DNA of 64,000 nucleotides from Planctomycetota bacterium (GCA_044222185.1 JBGANV010000008.1:241875-305874), one strand, 5' to 3'. Numbered from the stretch's first letter, positions 37,899 through 48,134 are shown. Translations and numbers: made by a program. Notes: a model not told the origin generated them from the letters alone.

Positions 37899-40800
37899 TT
37901 CGGCGAACCCCCCGTCGCGACGGCAGAAACCCGCGGCTTCGGCACGCCAGCGCGAAGCGCGAGATCTCGCCACCGCTCCCAGAGCGCCTTCCACGTCGTC
38001 CGTGCGCCCTCGTCCTGAGTCGCGCCCCACTCGCTCGTCGACGTCCGCAGGAGCGGTCCCGGATCCGTCCACGACGAGAGCTTCGTGCGAATTTCTTCGT
38101 CGCTCGATGCACCGCCGTCGAGATCATCCTCCCGGGCCGACAGCTCCTGCCGGAGCCAGAGGAGGGCACGATCGCGCAGTTCCGCACGCTCTCGGGCGTC
38201 AGGTGGGGCATCGACGGCCTCGCCGGCCGCGGCCGCGAGCGCCGATCGTGCCGCGGTCACCAGCAGGGTCTTCGTGCGGTCACGCGCGATCGAGGGCTCC
38301 GCCTCGAGTGCCGCGCCGTAGAGACGCGCGGCCTCCGAGTGCCGGCGTTTCGGCCGACACACGGAGCCAGCCAGGAGGACGCGTTCGCCAGGAGTCGGCG
38401 CGGGCCCCCTGCCGGCGCGAACCTCATCAAGCCGATCTTCCAGTTCGACGAGCCGCTCCGCGTCGTCGATCCAGCTCTGCGAGGGGAACTTCCAGTCCTG
38501 CCGGCGCGACGCCAGCTCGTGGCCCGTCCGCAGTTGCACCAGCGCCTCGTGGAACCGGCCGAGACGAACGAAGGCGAGTCCCAGGTTGCAGTGTGCATTC
38601 GCGTCGTCGGCATCGAGGCGCAGCGCCTCCTCCAGGATCGGCACGGCCTCGTCGGCGCCACCGGCGTCCTTCAACTGCACGGCCAGGTTGTTCCGGATCG
38701 GCACGGACCACGGCGCGCTTGCCAAGGCCTTGCGCGAGACGTCGATCGCCGCGTTCAGCTCCCCCTTCTTTTGGAGCGTGAGCCCCAGGTTCGAGAGGGC
38801 CTCGGCGAAGTCGGGTCGCAGTTCGATGGCCTTGCGGTACGCGGCGATCGCGCCGTCCAGGTTCTGGCTCCGGCCGAGTGCCATGCCGAGATTGCACCAG
38901 CCGTCTGGGAAATCCGGCGACTGCCGCGTCAGCGTTTCGAAGGCGCCGCGCGCGGCGTCGAGGCCCTTCGTCTGCCAGAGACACATCGCGATTCCGTTCG
39001 CGTCCTCGGGTCGGCCCGGACGGAGCGCCATCGACTTGCGAAGGGCTTCCTCCGCAGCCTGGGGCTGGCCGAGTTTCATGCGGCAGAGTCCGAGCATCGA
39101 CCATCCATCGGCGCCGTCCGGCCGGAGGTTCACGACGGTCTCGGCCTCGTGAAGCGCCTCCTTCGGCAGGCCCATGCCCAGATGGATCGTGGCGAGATAG
39201 AGGTGACCGGAAGCGCTCTCGGGAAGTCGTCGAAGGCCGTCGCGAACGATGGGCAGTGCATCGCCGAGCGCGCCGGTCAGCGTCAGCGCGAACCCTGCGC
39301 GCAGGAGTGCCATCGCCGACGTCGGCCATCGCGCCACGAGCGTGCGGGCGACGCGCTCGGCCGCCGCACGATCCCCGGCATGACCCGCCGCGTACGCGAG
39401 CTGGTACAGGTAGAACGCGCGATCGGAACCGGGCATCAGCATGGCCCGCTCGAGATGATCGAGAGCACGCCGCGAGGCATCGCTGCGATCGGCGGTGGCG
39501 CGCGACATCTCCGTGCATCCGGCGAGGAACAGGTCGAGGCCCGTCGCGGGCGCGGGGATCGTACGCGCGAGTGCGTCGGCCCCGGTGGCATCGCCGGTCG
39601 CGCGGAGCGCCTCCACCTGCACTCGCAGCAGCGCGGGCGTTCGGCCGTCGAATGATCGAAGCAGGCCGAGCGAGCCTGCCGCATCGCCCGCGCGCAACTT
39701 GGTCAGAGCCAGGCCGGCGCGTGCCTCGACGGAACGGGCGTTCAGCGAGACCGCCTGCTCGAACGCCGCGGCAGCCTGATCCCACCGCTCCTCTCCCAGC
39801 TGGAAGTACCCGTCTTCCAGCATGGCCTCGACGCGATCATCGAGCTTGCGCGCCGCCGTGGCCTCCACGTCGTCTCGCGTCATCACGGAGTACGTGGCGA
39901 GCGACGCAACGAGCGGGAGGAGCGTGAGCAGAGTCACGGCGAGGGTGGCCTTCACCGGTTCTCGTCGCGCCCACCGCCAGAGCCTCGCCGCGGTGGAGAT
40001 CGGACGCACGGCGACGGGGCGGCCGGCGAGCACGGCTTCCAGGTCATCCGCGAGCGCCGTGGCGGAGACGTACCGGCTCGCCGGCTCCTTGGCCATGGCC
40101 GTCGCGATGACGGTCGCGAGATCCTGCGGCACCTCCGGGTTGCAGCGCCGCGGATCCTGCGGCTCGTCCTCGCGGATGCACCGGTAGAGCTCGAGAGTCG
40201 TCGCGGCGTCGAACGGTCTCCGACCCGCGACACACTCGTAGAGGATGACGCCGAGCGCGTAGACGTCCGTGCGCCGGTCCGTCGCGCCGCTCCCATGGGA
40301 GACCTGTTCAGGCGCCATGTACGCCGGCGTGCCGAAGATCGCGTTCGTCTGCGTCAGGGCCTCGCCCGGTTCATCGGTTCGCGCGAGCCCGAAATCGAGG
40401 ATCACGGGCTGACCATCGGGGCCGATCATGACGTTCGCAGGCTTCAGATCGCGGTGGAGCACGCCGGCCTCGTGAGCGGCCTGCAACGTCCGGGCGAGGG
40501 TCGCGACCTGGCGCACGCGCGTGAGGATGGTGCTGCGCGCAGGGACGCGACGTGCTGAGCGTTCCGAATGCAGGCCAGCGGCCAACGTTTCGCCGGCGAG
40601 GAAGCGCATGGCGATGTACGGCAGTCCGTCCTCCACACTGGCTTCGAATACCGTGCAGATGCCGGGATGATCCAATCGCGACGCGATCAAGGCCTCGCGA
40701 CGAAAGCGCTCGAGGCGCTCCGCTGCGGCGAACCACGGGGCTCGCAGGAGCTTCAACGCGACGAGGCGATCCAGACGCGTGTCGCGAGCGAGATGCACCT

Positions 40801-41065
40801 CGCTCTGTCCCCCGCGTCCCAGCTCACGAACGAGGCGATAGGGCCCGAGTCGCACCGGTTCAGCGCCCGCCGGCTGCGGAGTGGCCGATCGGTGCGTCGG
40901 GACATCCCCTGGAGGTGCGGCGGCCGTCAACAGGGGCTCGAGGAGGTCTCGCAGGTCAGGGTTGGCCGTGAGCAGATCCGGGTCGGTAGCAGAGCTCGAC
41001 CGGTTCAGCGCGATCTCGACGGCACGGGCGAGGCGGTCGAGGGGATCTCGAGAGGCGGGCGGCAC
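37895..41065 (-). CDS. Ser/Thr protein kinase with TM helix and TPR repeats
   Basis: LGRGGQSEV, VALK, HRDLKPAN, DFG, GTPAYMAPEQ, DVYALG; TPRs (AYRKAIELRPDFAEALSNLG). Start uncertain. Confidence 0.93.
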   Translation of the reverse strand: MPPASRDPLDRLARAVEIALNRSSSATDPDLLTANPDLRDLLEPLLTAAAPPGDVPTHRSATPQPAGAEPVRLGPYRLVRELGRGGQSEVHLARDTRLDRLVALKLLRAPWFAAAERLERFRREALIASRLDHPGICTVFEASVEDGLPYIAMRFLAGETLAAGLHSERSARRVPARSTILTRVRQVATLARTLQAAHEAGVLHRDLKPANVMIGPDGQPVILDFGLARTDEPGEALTQTNAIFGTPAYMAPEQVSHGSGATDRRTDVYALGVILYECVAGRRPFDAATTLELYRCIREDEPQDPRRCNPEVPQDLATVIATAMAKEPASRYVSATALADDLEAVLAGRPVAVRPISTAARLWRWARREPVKATLAVTLLTLLPLVASLATYSVMTRDDVEATAARKLDDRVEAMLEDGYFQLGEERWDQAAAAFEQAVSLNARSVEARAGLALTKLRAGDAAGSLGLLRSFDGRTPALLRVQVEALRATGDATGADALARTIPAPATGLDLFLAGCTEMSRATADRSDASRRALDHLERAMLMPGSDRAFYLYQLAYAAGHAGDRAAAERVARTLVARWPTSAMALLRAGFALTLTGALGDALPIVRDGLRRLPESASGHLYLATIHLGMGLPKEALHEAETVVNLRPDGADGWSMLGLCRMKLGQPQAAEEALRKSMALRPGRPEDANGIAMCLWQTKGLDAARGAFETLTRQSPDFPDGWCNLGMALGRSQNLDGAIAAYRKAIELRPDFAEALSNLGLTLQKKGELNAAIDVSRKALASAPWSVPIRNNLAVQLKDAGGADEAVPILEEALRLDADDANAHCNLGLAFVRLGRFHEALVQLRTGHELASRRQDWKFPSQSWIDDAERLVELEDRLDEVRAGRGPAPTPGERVLLAGSVCRPKRRHSEAARLYGAALEAEPSIARDRTKTLLVTAARSALAAAAGEAVDAPPDARERAELRDRALLWLRQELSAREDDLDGGASSDEEIRTKLSSWTDPGPLLRTSTSEWGATQDEGARTTWKALWERWRDLALRAGVPKPRVSAVATGGSPK

Positions 41066-41282
41066 AACGCGCGAGTCTAGGCCGCGTTGCGTCGGGCGGC
41101 AAGCGCGGCGAGGAGTCGCAGCCAAGCCACGTCAGTGCTCACGCCACACGACCTCGCGGGTTTTTCCCAGGGGCTGTTCGCTCTCCCCCACGACCTCCGC
41201 TGAACCCCATGAGAGCCTCCCGGCCTGGGGCGCAAATCCCCCTCCCGTCGCGGGCAGGCGCAGCAATTCCCGGAGATCAGCC

Positions 41283-44200
41283 ATGCAACGCCCATCCATA
41301 CCCATGCTCGTCGTCCTGACGGTTTGTGCGGCCGCACCCGGCCAACAGGCCCCACTTTCGGTCAATGCCTTCAACTGGCCCGTGGCAAGCGCGGTCCTTG
41401 CGAACACGGGGTCGGCGCCGGCCGCGGTCTGGTCGACGACCATCAACCTGCCCGGCGTGACGTCGATTCAGATCGCGTTCGGCGACGTGAACCTCGGATC
41501 CGAACTCGACCACGTGCTGATCCGAGATCCGCACACGAACGACTCCCAGATCCTGGATCCGCTGCGGCTGAAGCAATGGTCCAACCAGAGTGCCTGGTTC
41601 AACTCCAATCTCCTCGTCGTCGAACTGTGGGCGTCACCCGGCTCTACGGTCAGCGCAAGCATCGACCATCTGCTTTGCGGCGTCGGGCCTGTTGGGCCGG
41701 ACAGCCTGTGTGATTCGGACAACCGCGTCCCGGCAGCCACGGCGTTCGTGTGCCGATTCATCTCGTCGAGCTCGGCGACGGCCGGCGGGAGCTCGGGTTT
41801 CATGATGCACGCCCCGAACGTGGTTCAGGGTGGCATGGTCGTCTGCGGCCAGGGCGCGAGCGTCGGCGGGAGCATCGTCATCGCCGAGTTCAACGTTCCG
41901 CCGTCGAACAGCTCGGGTTCGATCGTTCACCCTCCGGTGGCCGACCAATATCCCGTCGACCAGACGTCGATCCTGTCCGCCAACACGGGTGTCGGAAACA
42001 ACTGGGCCGTGATGCGACTGCACCCGAACTCGAGCGGACAGACCGTCGATGGCCGCCAGGGCGTCGGCTTGAGTCAGGCCGCGTCCATTCCGGGGCTCAC
42101 CACGCAGCTCCAGATCAACAGCTTCGGTGCCGACACGACCGCGTCACGCAATTTCGCGGAACAGACGGACCACGGCCCGTTCACGTTCGTGCTCGGGGAC
42201 ACGATCTCGTATTGGGTCGACACGGACACGGGGAGCGCCGGCGCGCCCGTCCTCGTCGACTCGACCAATGAAGTCATTGCGATCCACACGACCGGTGGAT
42301 GCAATCCGGCTCTCGGTCAGTCCAACAACGGCACGAGCATCCTCAATGCCAACCTGCAGTCGGCCATCGCGGCGACGAAGACGTGCCAGACGATCCTCGC
42401 GGTGACGCCAGGGCAGAGCGCGGCGACCAACCTCGCCTGTTCGCCTCGTGCACTCGCGATCACTCCGTCCAATTCGAGCTGGAATGTCGTCGCCGTGATC
42501 GGTGCCTACAGTTCGGCGGGTGACGATCTGGACCTGGAAATCGATGGCGTGACGAGCAGTCAGGCGAACGGGCTCTGCGACTTCCTGATCTCGAATGGCA
42601 ACCTCAATCCGAACCTCGCGCCGGTATCCGGTTACGTGCACCGGAGTGGATCGCCGGGTGAATCCCGCGTGCAATTCGACACCGCGACGACGTTGGCGAT
42701 CGGGTCGTCGACGACGTTGGGTTGGAACATCACGAACGGAGTTCGCGCGCTCGCCCGCATCGTCGAGTTCAACGTCGCGACGGCAGGCACCTACGACGTC
42801 ACGGTCGCGGGTCCTTTCGGCCTGAAGTGGCGCCTCTATGCGCCGGGCTCGACGACCGCGTGGCGGCCGCGGAGTGAGGCCGCGCTCGCCTCCGGGACCG
42901 TCGGCGGCAACACGGTCGACTCCGTATCGCTTGGCGTCGGGTGGCACGCCATCGTGATCTTCGAAGACTTCTCGGGCTCGTTCGGACTGTCGCCCGTCTT
43001 CGGGATCTCGCATGCGTTCCCTGAAACCGTCTCGGTAGCCATTGCGGCGGCGTCGCCGGACATCGCGCTGACCGCGAACGGGGGCGCCGTCGGCGTGCCG
43101 TCATTGCCTGCGGGCCAGGACTTCTCGCTGACCCCCGCCGCGAACGTCTGGAATGCGGTTGCACTCACGACGCCGCCAAACCAGTTTCTGTTCGGCAACT
43201 GGAATCTGTTCCTGGGCCCGGCGCAGTCGCGCAACGGGACCGGCCTGCTCGACTTCGCGGTGGCGAACGGGCATCTGGGTGCCATCCCGACGAGTGAAGG
43301 TGCCGTCGCGCGCGCGTCCGGCATCCTCGGCGCGACCATGCAGCACGTGACTGAGCTGGCTTCGGGCGCAACGGAGCAGCTCGCAACGGGCCGGATGATC
43401 GCCGTGGAGCCGCTGACGCCATCGTCGGGCCTGCGGCGCGTGCTCGTCACCGGCGGTGGCGGCGCTTCGGCCATGCGGTGGTACGTGATGAATTCGCTCG
43501 AGGAGCATTGGATGGGACCCGACGAAGCCGCGGCAACGGACGTGGTCGGTGGAACCTTCCATTCAGTAACGCTCGACAGCGCAGCGCTGGTCGTCGTCAG
43601 CGATGACGGGCCGGTGTCCGCCGCCAGGCCATACACGGCGCACGTGACGACGCAGGGTGTCGCCGCGTCGTTCACGACGCTGGGTCAGAAGCTGGCGGTG
43701 ACCACCGACCGGCTGGTGTCCGTGACGCCGTCGGTGAACAACTGGAACGCCTTCGGTGTCGTGGGGCCGGCCGGAACGAACTGGGATGCGTTCATCGCCA
43801 CGGGCGAGTCTCAATCGGCTTCAGGGCTCGCGGATTTCGTGATCGCCGACGGGCACGCGGGCACCATCGCAGTGACCGACGGGATCGTCGAGCGACGCGC
43901 CGGAACGGGCACCGGCACGCTCCAGCTCGCGAGCATCGTGACGGCATCCCTGTTCACGCCGACCTCCGTGAGTTTCCAGACTGGGACGCCGGACGACATC
44001 ATCAAGATCGTGCAGTTCGACGTCACGACGCCGGGGAACCACTCGATAACCGTCAACGGCGCCGCAGCGTCATGGGCACTGTTCCGACCGCGGTCGGACT
44101 CACAGTGGGTATCGCGGGCCGATGCCGATTTCTCCGGCACGAGCGGGAGCGGCGCAGCCACGGTCGCTCTGCCGACGAGCGGAACCCACGCGCTCGTCAT

Positions 44201-46295
44201 CTTCGGCGATGCGGCCGGACCTGCCGGGTCGGTCACCGTCACGGTCGTTCCTCCGTCTCCCGTTCCATTCCTCTCGATCGTGCTCCCCAACAGCACGACG
44301 GCCGGCTCGGGCGGAGGAACCATCGCGCTGACCGGGAGCGGCTTCACGCCGACGAGCAGCGTGCACTTCGGCGCTACGGCGATCCCCACGACGTTCGTCT
44401 CGAGCATCAGCCTGCAAGCGAACATTCCGGCGGGCCTGTTGGCGACCGGCGGCATCGTGCCGGTGACCGTGGTCAACCCTGCCCCGGGGGGCGGGAGTTC
44501 GCCCGCGGTGAACTTCACGATCAACAACCCGTCGCCATCACTCGTGAGCGTGAGCCCGGCGAACGTTACGGCGCTCGGCAGTACGTTCACGCTTGCGGTC
44601 AGCGGCTCTCAATTCAATTCTCAGAGTGTCGTGCGATGGAACGGCGTCAACCTGACGACCGGGCTGGTGAACACCACGCAACTTTCGGCGACGGTTCCCG
44701 CAAGCCTCATCGCCCAACCGGGAACGGCCGCCGTCACGGTGTTCAACCCGACGCCGGCCGGTGGAAGCTCGGCGCCGCAAACCGTGACGATCTTCGCACC
44801 GGGTCCCGGGCTCGTCTCATTGTCGCCGTCGCAAATCGATGCGCTGTCTCCGGCCTTCACGATGACCGTCAATGGTCTGGCGTTCGTCAACACCAGCGTG
44901 GTGAGGTGGAATGGCGCGTCGATCCCGACGACGTTCGTATCCGCAACGCAGCTCACGGCGCAGGTATCTGCAGCCCTGTTATCGAGTGGCGGGTTCGCCA
45001 CCGTCACCGTGTTCACGCCGCCGCCGAGCGGAGGAAGCTCCAATGCACTCACCTTCCTGATCAACAACCCACTGCCGGTCGTCAATTCCGTCGCCCCATC
45101 CGTCGTCACGGCAGGCGGCGCCGCGTTCACGATCACCGTCACCGGTAGCTCTTTCGTCCCCGCGAGCGTTGCGCAGTTCAACGGGACACCGCTCACGACG
45201 ACGGTGAACACCTCCACGAGTCTCACGGCATCGGTTCCGGCGACGCTGATCGCAGCCGCCGGGCAGGCACAGGTGACCGTCACGAGCCCGGCGCCGGCTG
45301 GCGGATCGTCGGGGTCCGCGAACGTTACGGTGCAGAATCCGGCCCCGATCGCGGCAGCATCCAGCCCGGCATTCTTGCTTGCCGGGTCTGCCGGTGGATC
45401 GGTCGCGTTGAGTGGGTCGGGGTTCACGGTGCAAAGCGTCGTGAAGCTCGACGGCGTCGCGCTCGCCACGTCGTTTGCGTCGGCGACGCAGCTGAATGCA
45501 TCGATCCCGGCGAACCTCCCACTTCCCGCACGAGCCGCGACGCTCGCGGTGCTCAATCCGGGACCCGGTGGCGGGTTGTCGGCGGGTCTCGCGTTCCTGG
45601 TGAAGGCGCCACACATCGCGACGATTTCCCCGACGGTCATCAGTCCGCTGACCACGGGTGGCCCGTCGGCGACGGTGACGCTCACGGGATCGGACTTCGT
45701 GAATGGCTCGGTCGTCTACGCGAATCAAACCGCACTCGTGACGACGTTCGTGTCGGCGACGCAACTGACGGCGACGGTGCCGTCGACTCTCGCGGTGGCG
45801 CGTCAGGCGGGCGGAATCGCCATCGGGGTGGAGAGTTTCGGCACGGCGGATTCGAATACCGTGGCGCTCGAGGTCACTCACCACCAGAATCGCGGAACGC
45901 TCGATACGACGCCGCTCGGGCCGGCACCGGGTGAGGTGTTCTCGATCCTGCTGGAGGGTGGCGTCGCAAACGCGCCATTCACGCTGCTTCTCGATGGCGC
46001 CAACATCACGCCGATCGTTCCGTTCCCGGATCCGACTTCGGACTTCGTGCTCTCCGTGAATCTCGGCACCATGAGCGCGATCGTCGACGGCATCGGGCTC
46101 CTCGGCACGCCAAGCCTGATCTCGCTCGGATTCGACCCGAGCGGCACCGCGCCGGGCGGCAAGTTCATCCTCCCTGGAGTGCTGCAGCCCAATCCTCCGC
46201 TCGGGTTCCCGGTGACGCTCCAGTTCGTCTACCTGGACCCGTCGCATCCATCGGGGTTGCGCATGTCGCACGGTTTGTCGCGCTATCAGCTCTGA
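41283..46295 (+). CDS. Large secreted trypsin-like/IPT-TIG protein, paralog of 14409-19103, with degenerate catalytic triad
   Basis: GGAG SD before ATG 41283; same architecture as the paralog (AEFNVPPSNSSGSIVHPPVADQYPVDQT); triad positions read VCGQG / NNWAV / GSAGAP. Confidence 0.85.
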   Translation: MQRPSIPMLVVLTVCAAAPGQQAPLSVNAFNWPVASAVLANTGSAPAAVWSTTINLPGVTSIQIAFGDVNLGSELDHVLIRDPHTNDSQILDPLRLKQWSNQSAWFNSNLLVVELWASPGSTVSASIDHLLCGVGPVGPDSLCDSDNRVPAATAFVCRFISSSSATAGGSSGFMMHAPNVVQGGMVVCGQGASVGGSIVIAEFNVPPSNSSGSIVHPPVADQYPVDQTSILSANTGVGNNWAVMRLHPNSSGQTVDGRQGVGLSQAASIPGLTTQLQINSFGADTTASRNFAEQTDHGPFTFVLGDTISYWVDTDTGSAGAPVLVDSTNEVIAIHTTGGCNPALGQSNNGTSILNANLQSAIAATKTCQTILAVTPGQSAATNLACSPRALAITPSNSSWNVVAVIGAYSSAGDDLDLEIDGVTSSQANGLCDFLISNGNLNPNLAPVSGYVHRSGSPGESRVQFDTATTLAIGSSTTLGWNITNGVRALARIVEFNVATAGTYDVTVAGPFGLKWRLYAPGSTTAWRPRSEAALASGTVGGNTVDSVSLGVGWHAIVIFEDFSGSFGLSPVFGISHAFPETVSVAIAAASPDIALTANGGAVGVPSLPAGQDFSLTPAANVWNAVALTTPPNQFLFGNWNLFLGPAQSRNGTGLLDFAVANGHLGAIPTSEGAVARASGILGATMQHVTELASGATEQLATGRMIAVEPLTPSSGLRRVLVTGGGGASAMRWYVMNSLEEHWMGPDEAAATDVVGGTFHSVTLDSAALVVVSDDGPVSAARPYTAHVTTQGVAASFTTLGQKLAVTTDRLVSVTPSVNNWNAFGVVGPAGTNWDAFIATGESQSASGLADFVIADGHAGTIAVTDGIVERRAGTGTGTLQLASIVTASLFTPTSVSFQTGTPDDIIKIVQFDVTTPGNHSITVNGAAASWALFRPRSDSQWVSRADADFSGTSGSGAATVALPTSGTHALVIFGDAAGPAGSVTVTVVPPSPVPFLSIVLPNSTTAGSGGGTIALTGSGFTPTSSVHFGATAIPTTFVSSISLQANIPAGLLATGGIVPVTVVNPAPGGGSSPAVNFTINNPSPSLVSVSPANVTALGSTFTLAVSGSQFNSQSVVRWNGVNLTTGLVNTTQLSATVPASLIAQPGTAAVTVFNPTPAGGSSAPQTVTIFAPGPGLVSLSPSQIDALSPAFTMTVNGLAFVNTSVVRWNGASIPTTFVSATQLTAQVSAALLSSGGFATVTVFTPPPSGGSSNALTFLINNPLPVVNSVAPSVVTAGGAAFTITVTGSSFVPASVAQFNGTPLTTTVNTSTSLTASVPATLIAAAGQAQVTVTSPAPAGGSSGSANVTVQNPAPIAAASSPAFLLAGSAGGSVALSGSGFTVQSVVKLDGVALATSFASATQLNASIPANLPLPARAATLAVLNPGPGGGLSAGLAFLVKAPHIATISPTVISPLTTGGPSATVTLTGSDFVNGSVVYANQTALVTTFVSATQLTATVPSTLAVARQAGGIAIGVESFGTADSNTVALEVTHHQNRGTLDTTPLGPAPGEVFSILLEGGVANAPFTLLLDGANITPIVPFPDPTSDFVLSVNLGTMSAIVDGIGLLGTPSLISLGFDPSGTAPGGKFILPGVLQPNPPLGFPVTLQFVYLDPSHPSGLRMSHGLSRYQL

Positions 46296-46576
46296 GGCGC
46301 GACTGGACGCGGGCCGGGGCGCCTGGACCTGCAACCAGGTCGGGCGCGAACGCCGTCCGCGGATCGAGGTAGGAGGACCGACGCGCGGTGTCATCCTCCT
46401 TCGCGGGCCACCGGAACCGCCGCGTTTGACACGCCATCGGAGGACTCGCGGCGGCCCACGTGGCGCTCAGGATCCCGACGGAGCGTGGCGTACGCACCTT
46501 CGCCGATGCACGTTTCCAGGAACCTGGCAGGCGCACCCCGGGAGCACGAAGGTCGCGATCGCTTCAATGCCGACTA

Positions 46577-46605
46577 TTGGGCTCTATGAAAATGCGGCTT
46601 ATAGT
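46577..46605 (+). promoter_or_regulatory. Sigma70-type promoter for the AT-hook gene
   Basis: TTGGGC-17 bp-TATAGT in an AT-rich patch; SD GAGGA follows. Confidence 0.6.
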
Positions 46606-46645
46606 CCCGCGGCCCTATTTTCATTACTGACCGAGGAAAACACCA

Positions 46646-47023
46646 ATGGCAAAGAAGCCGGTCGAGAAATCCAAGTCGCCCGAGATGGAGTACATCCTCG
46701 AGCAGATGCGCAAGAACAAGAACGTCACGTACCGGGAAATCGCTGATGGAGCGAAGGCCAAGGGCTTGAAGAAGATCTTCCCGATCTCCTTTGGCCGCGC
46801 GCAGCTCATGCTCGGCCTTGCCAAGCGCAAGAAGGCCGGTCGCCCGGCGAAGGCCGCGGCACCCGCGGCGTCGATGCCCGCGAAGCGCGGCCCTGGCCGT
46901 CCGCGCAAGACGTCCTCCGCGGCGTCGAACGACGTGCTCGCAAACCTGAACGGCATCGTCGCGCAGCTCAACGCCATGAAGGACGCCCTCACTCAGATCG
47001 CGAGCATCGCCGGCCAGTTCTGA
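46646..47023 (+). CDS. Small basic DNA-binding protein with AT-hook (nucleoid-associated candidate)
   Basis: 125 aa, Lys-rich; KRGPGRPRK and KAGRPAK; C-terminal amphipathic helix. Confidence 0.75.
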   Translation: MAKKPVEKSKSPEMEYILEQMRKNKNVTYREIADGAKAKGLKKIFPISFGRAQLMLGLAKRKKAGRPAKAAAPAASMPAKRGPGRPRKTSSAASNDVLANLNGIVAQLNAMKDALTQIASIAGQF

Positions 47024-47342
47024 CCATCGGAGCGGTGGACCGTCGGCCTGCCGGCGGTCCGCTGGCTCGCCGCTCGATCTATTCACCCCGCGCCGCACGA
47101 CCGATCCACTCGCGACGCCGTCGATCTCTTGCAGCGCCGCCGGCGCACGGACCGGTCCGTTGGAGCCGTCGCTGAGGTCTCGCATCGTCCTCAGGTCGGG
47201 CGGATGCCGCGATCGCGTCGCGTTTCGGCGCGCACTTTGGGAATTCAAAGTCCCTGCGATCGCGGGGTTTGCGTTCCAAGCTGAGGGGACTGGTCGGCGG
47301 CCGCGTCACCCCTGACCATCTCGCGCCGCTCTGTCTGGCGTC

Positions 47343-48134
47343 ATGCAACGCCTCATCTTTCTCGCTTACGGCGTCTTCTGTCACCTCCTGTTCCTCGGTG
47401 TGTACGCCTGCCTCGGCGTCTTCGTCGGCGGCTTCGACGTCCTGGGAATCCCACAGATCGACGGCCCGCCCCGGGGATCGCTCGGCGTCTCGGTGCTCGT
47501 CGACACCCTGCTGATCGTCGCGTTCGGCCTTCAGCACTCGATCATGGCCCGTCCATGGTTCAAGGAACGTTGGACCCGCTTCATTCCGCGACCGATCGAG
47601 CGGAGCACGTATGTCCTCGCGTCCTGCGCCGTGACGATTCTCCTGATCTGGCAGTGGCGTCCGCTCGGGGGAACCGTTTGGGAGGCCCGTGGTCTCACGG
47701 CAACCTCTCTGCTGTGGGGACTGTTCGCCCTCGGATGGCTCGCGGTCCCTGCCGCGAGCATGCTCATCGACCATTTCGACCTGTTCGGCACGCGACAAGT
47801 GTGGTTGCACTTCCGCCGGCGCGCCTATGAGCCGCGGCCCTTCCGCGCTCCGTCCGCTTATGCCTACGTCCGTCACCCGCTTTACGTCGGCTGGTTCGTC
47901 GCTCTTTGGGCAACCCCGAAAATGACTTTCTCGCACCTCTGCCTCGCCGGCCTGCTCAGCGCCTACATCCTCCTTGCAATCCCCTTCGAGGAACGTGATC
48001 TGCTCCGCGTCTTCGGCAACGCCTACGCCACGTACCGGCGACGCGTGGGGGCGCTGGTCCCTCGCTTCTCGCGACGCGGCGACGCGACCCGAGACCTCGA
48101 GAGCGCCGAGATGGTGCCCGCGCGGAAATCGTAG
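47343..48134 (+). CDS. mddA: Methanethiol S-methyltransferase (MddA; ICMT/NnrU family)
   Basis: FGLQHSIMARPWFKERWTRFIPRPIERSTYVLAS, WQWRP, IDHFDLFGTRQ, YVRHPLYVGW, EERDL. Confidence 0.85.
   Translation: MQRLIFLAYGVFCHLLFLGVYACLGVFVGGFDVLGIPQIDGPPRGSLGVSVLVDTLLIVAFGLQHSIMARPWFKERWTRFIPRPIERSTYVLASCAVTILLIWQWRPLGGTVWEARGLTATSLLWGLFALGWLAVPAASMLIDHFDLFGTRQVWLHFRRRAYEPRPFRAPSAYAYVRHPLYVGWFVALWATPKMTFSHLCLAGLLSAYILLAIPFEERDLLRVFGNAYATYRRRVGALVPRFSRRGDATRDLESAEMVPARKS

Noticed and set aside
47036-47062. GC hairpin after the AT-hook gene as an intrinsic terminator
   Set aside because: The stem is plausible but has no U-tract, so it is not listed as a feature.
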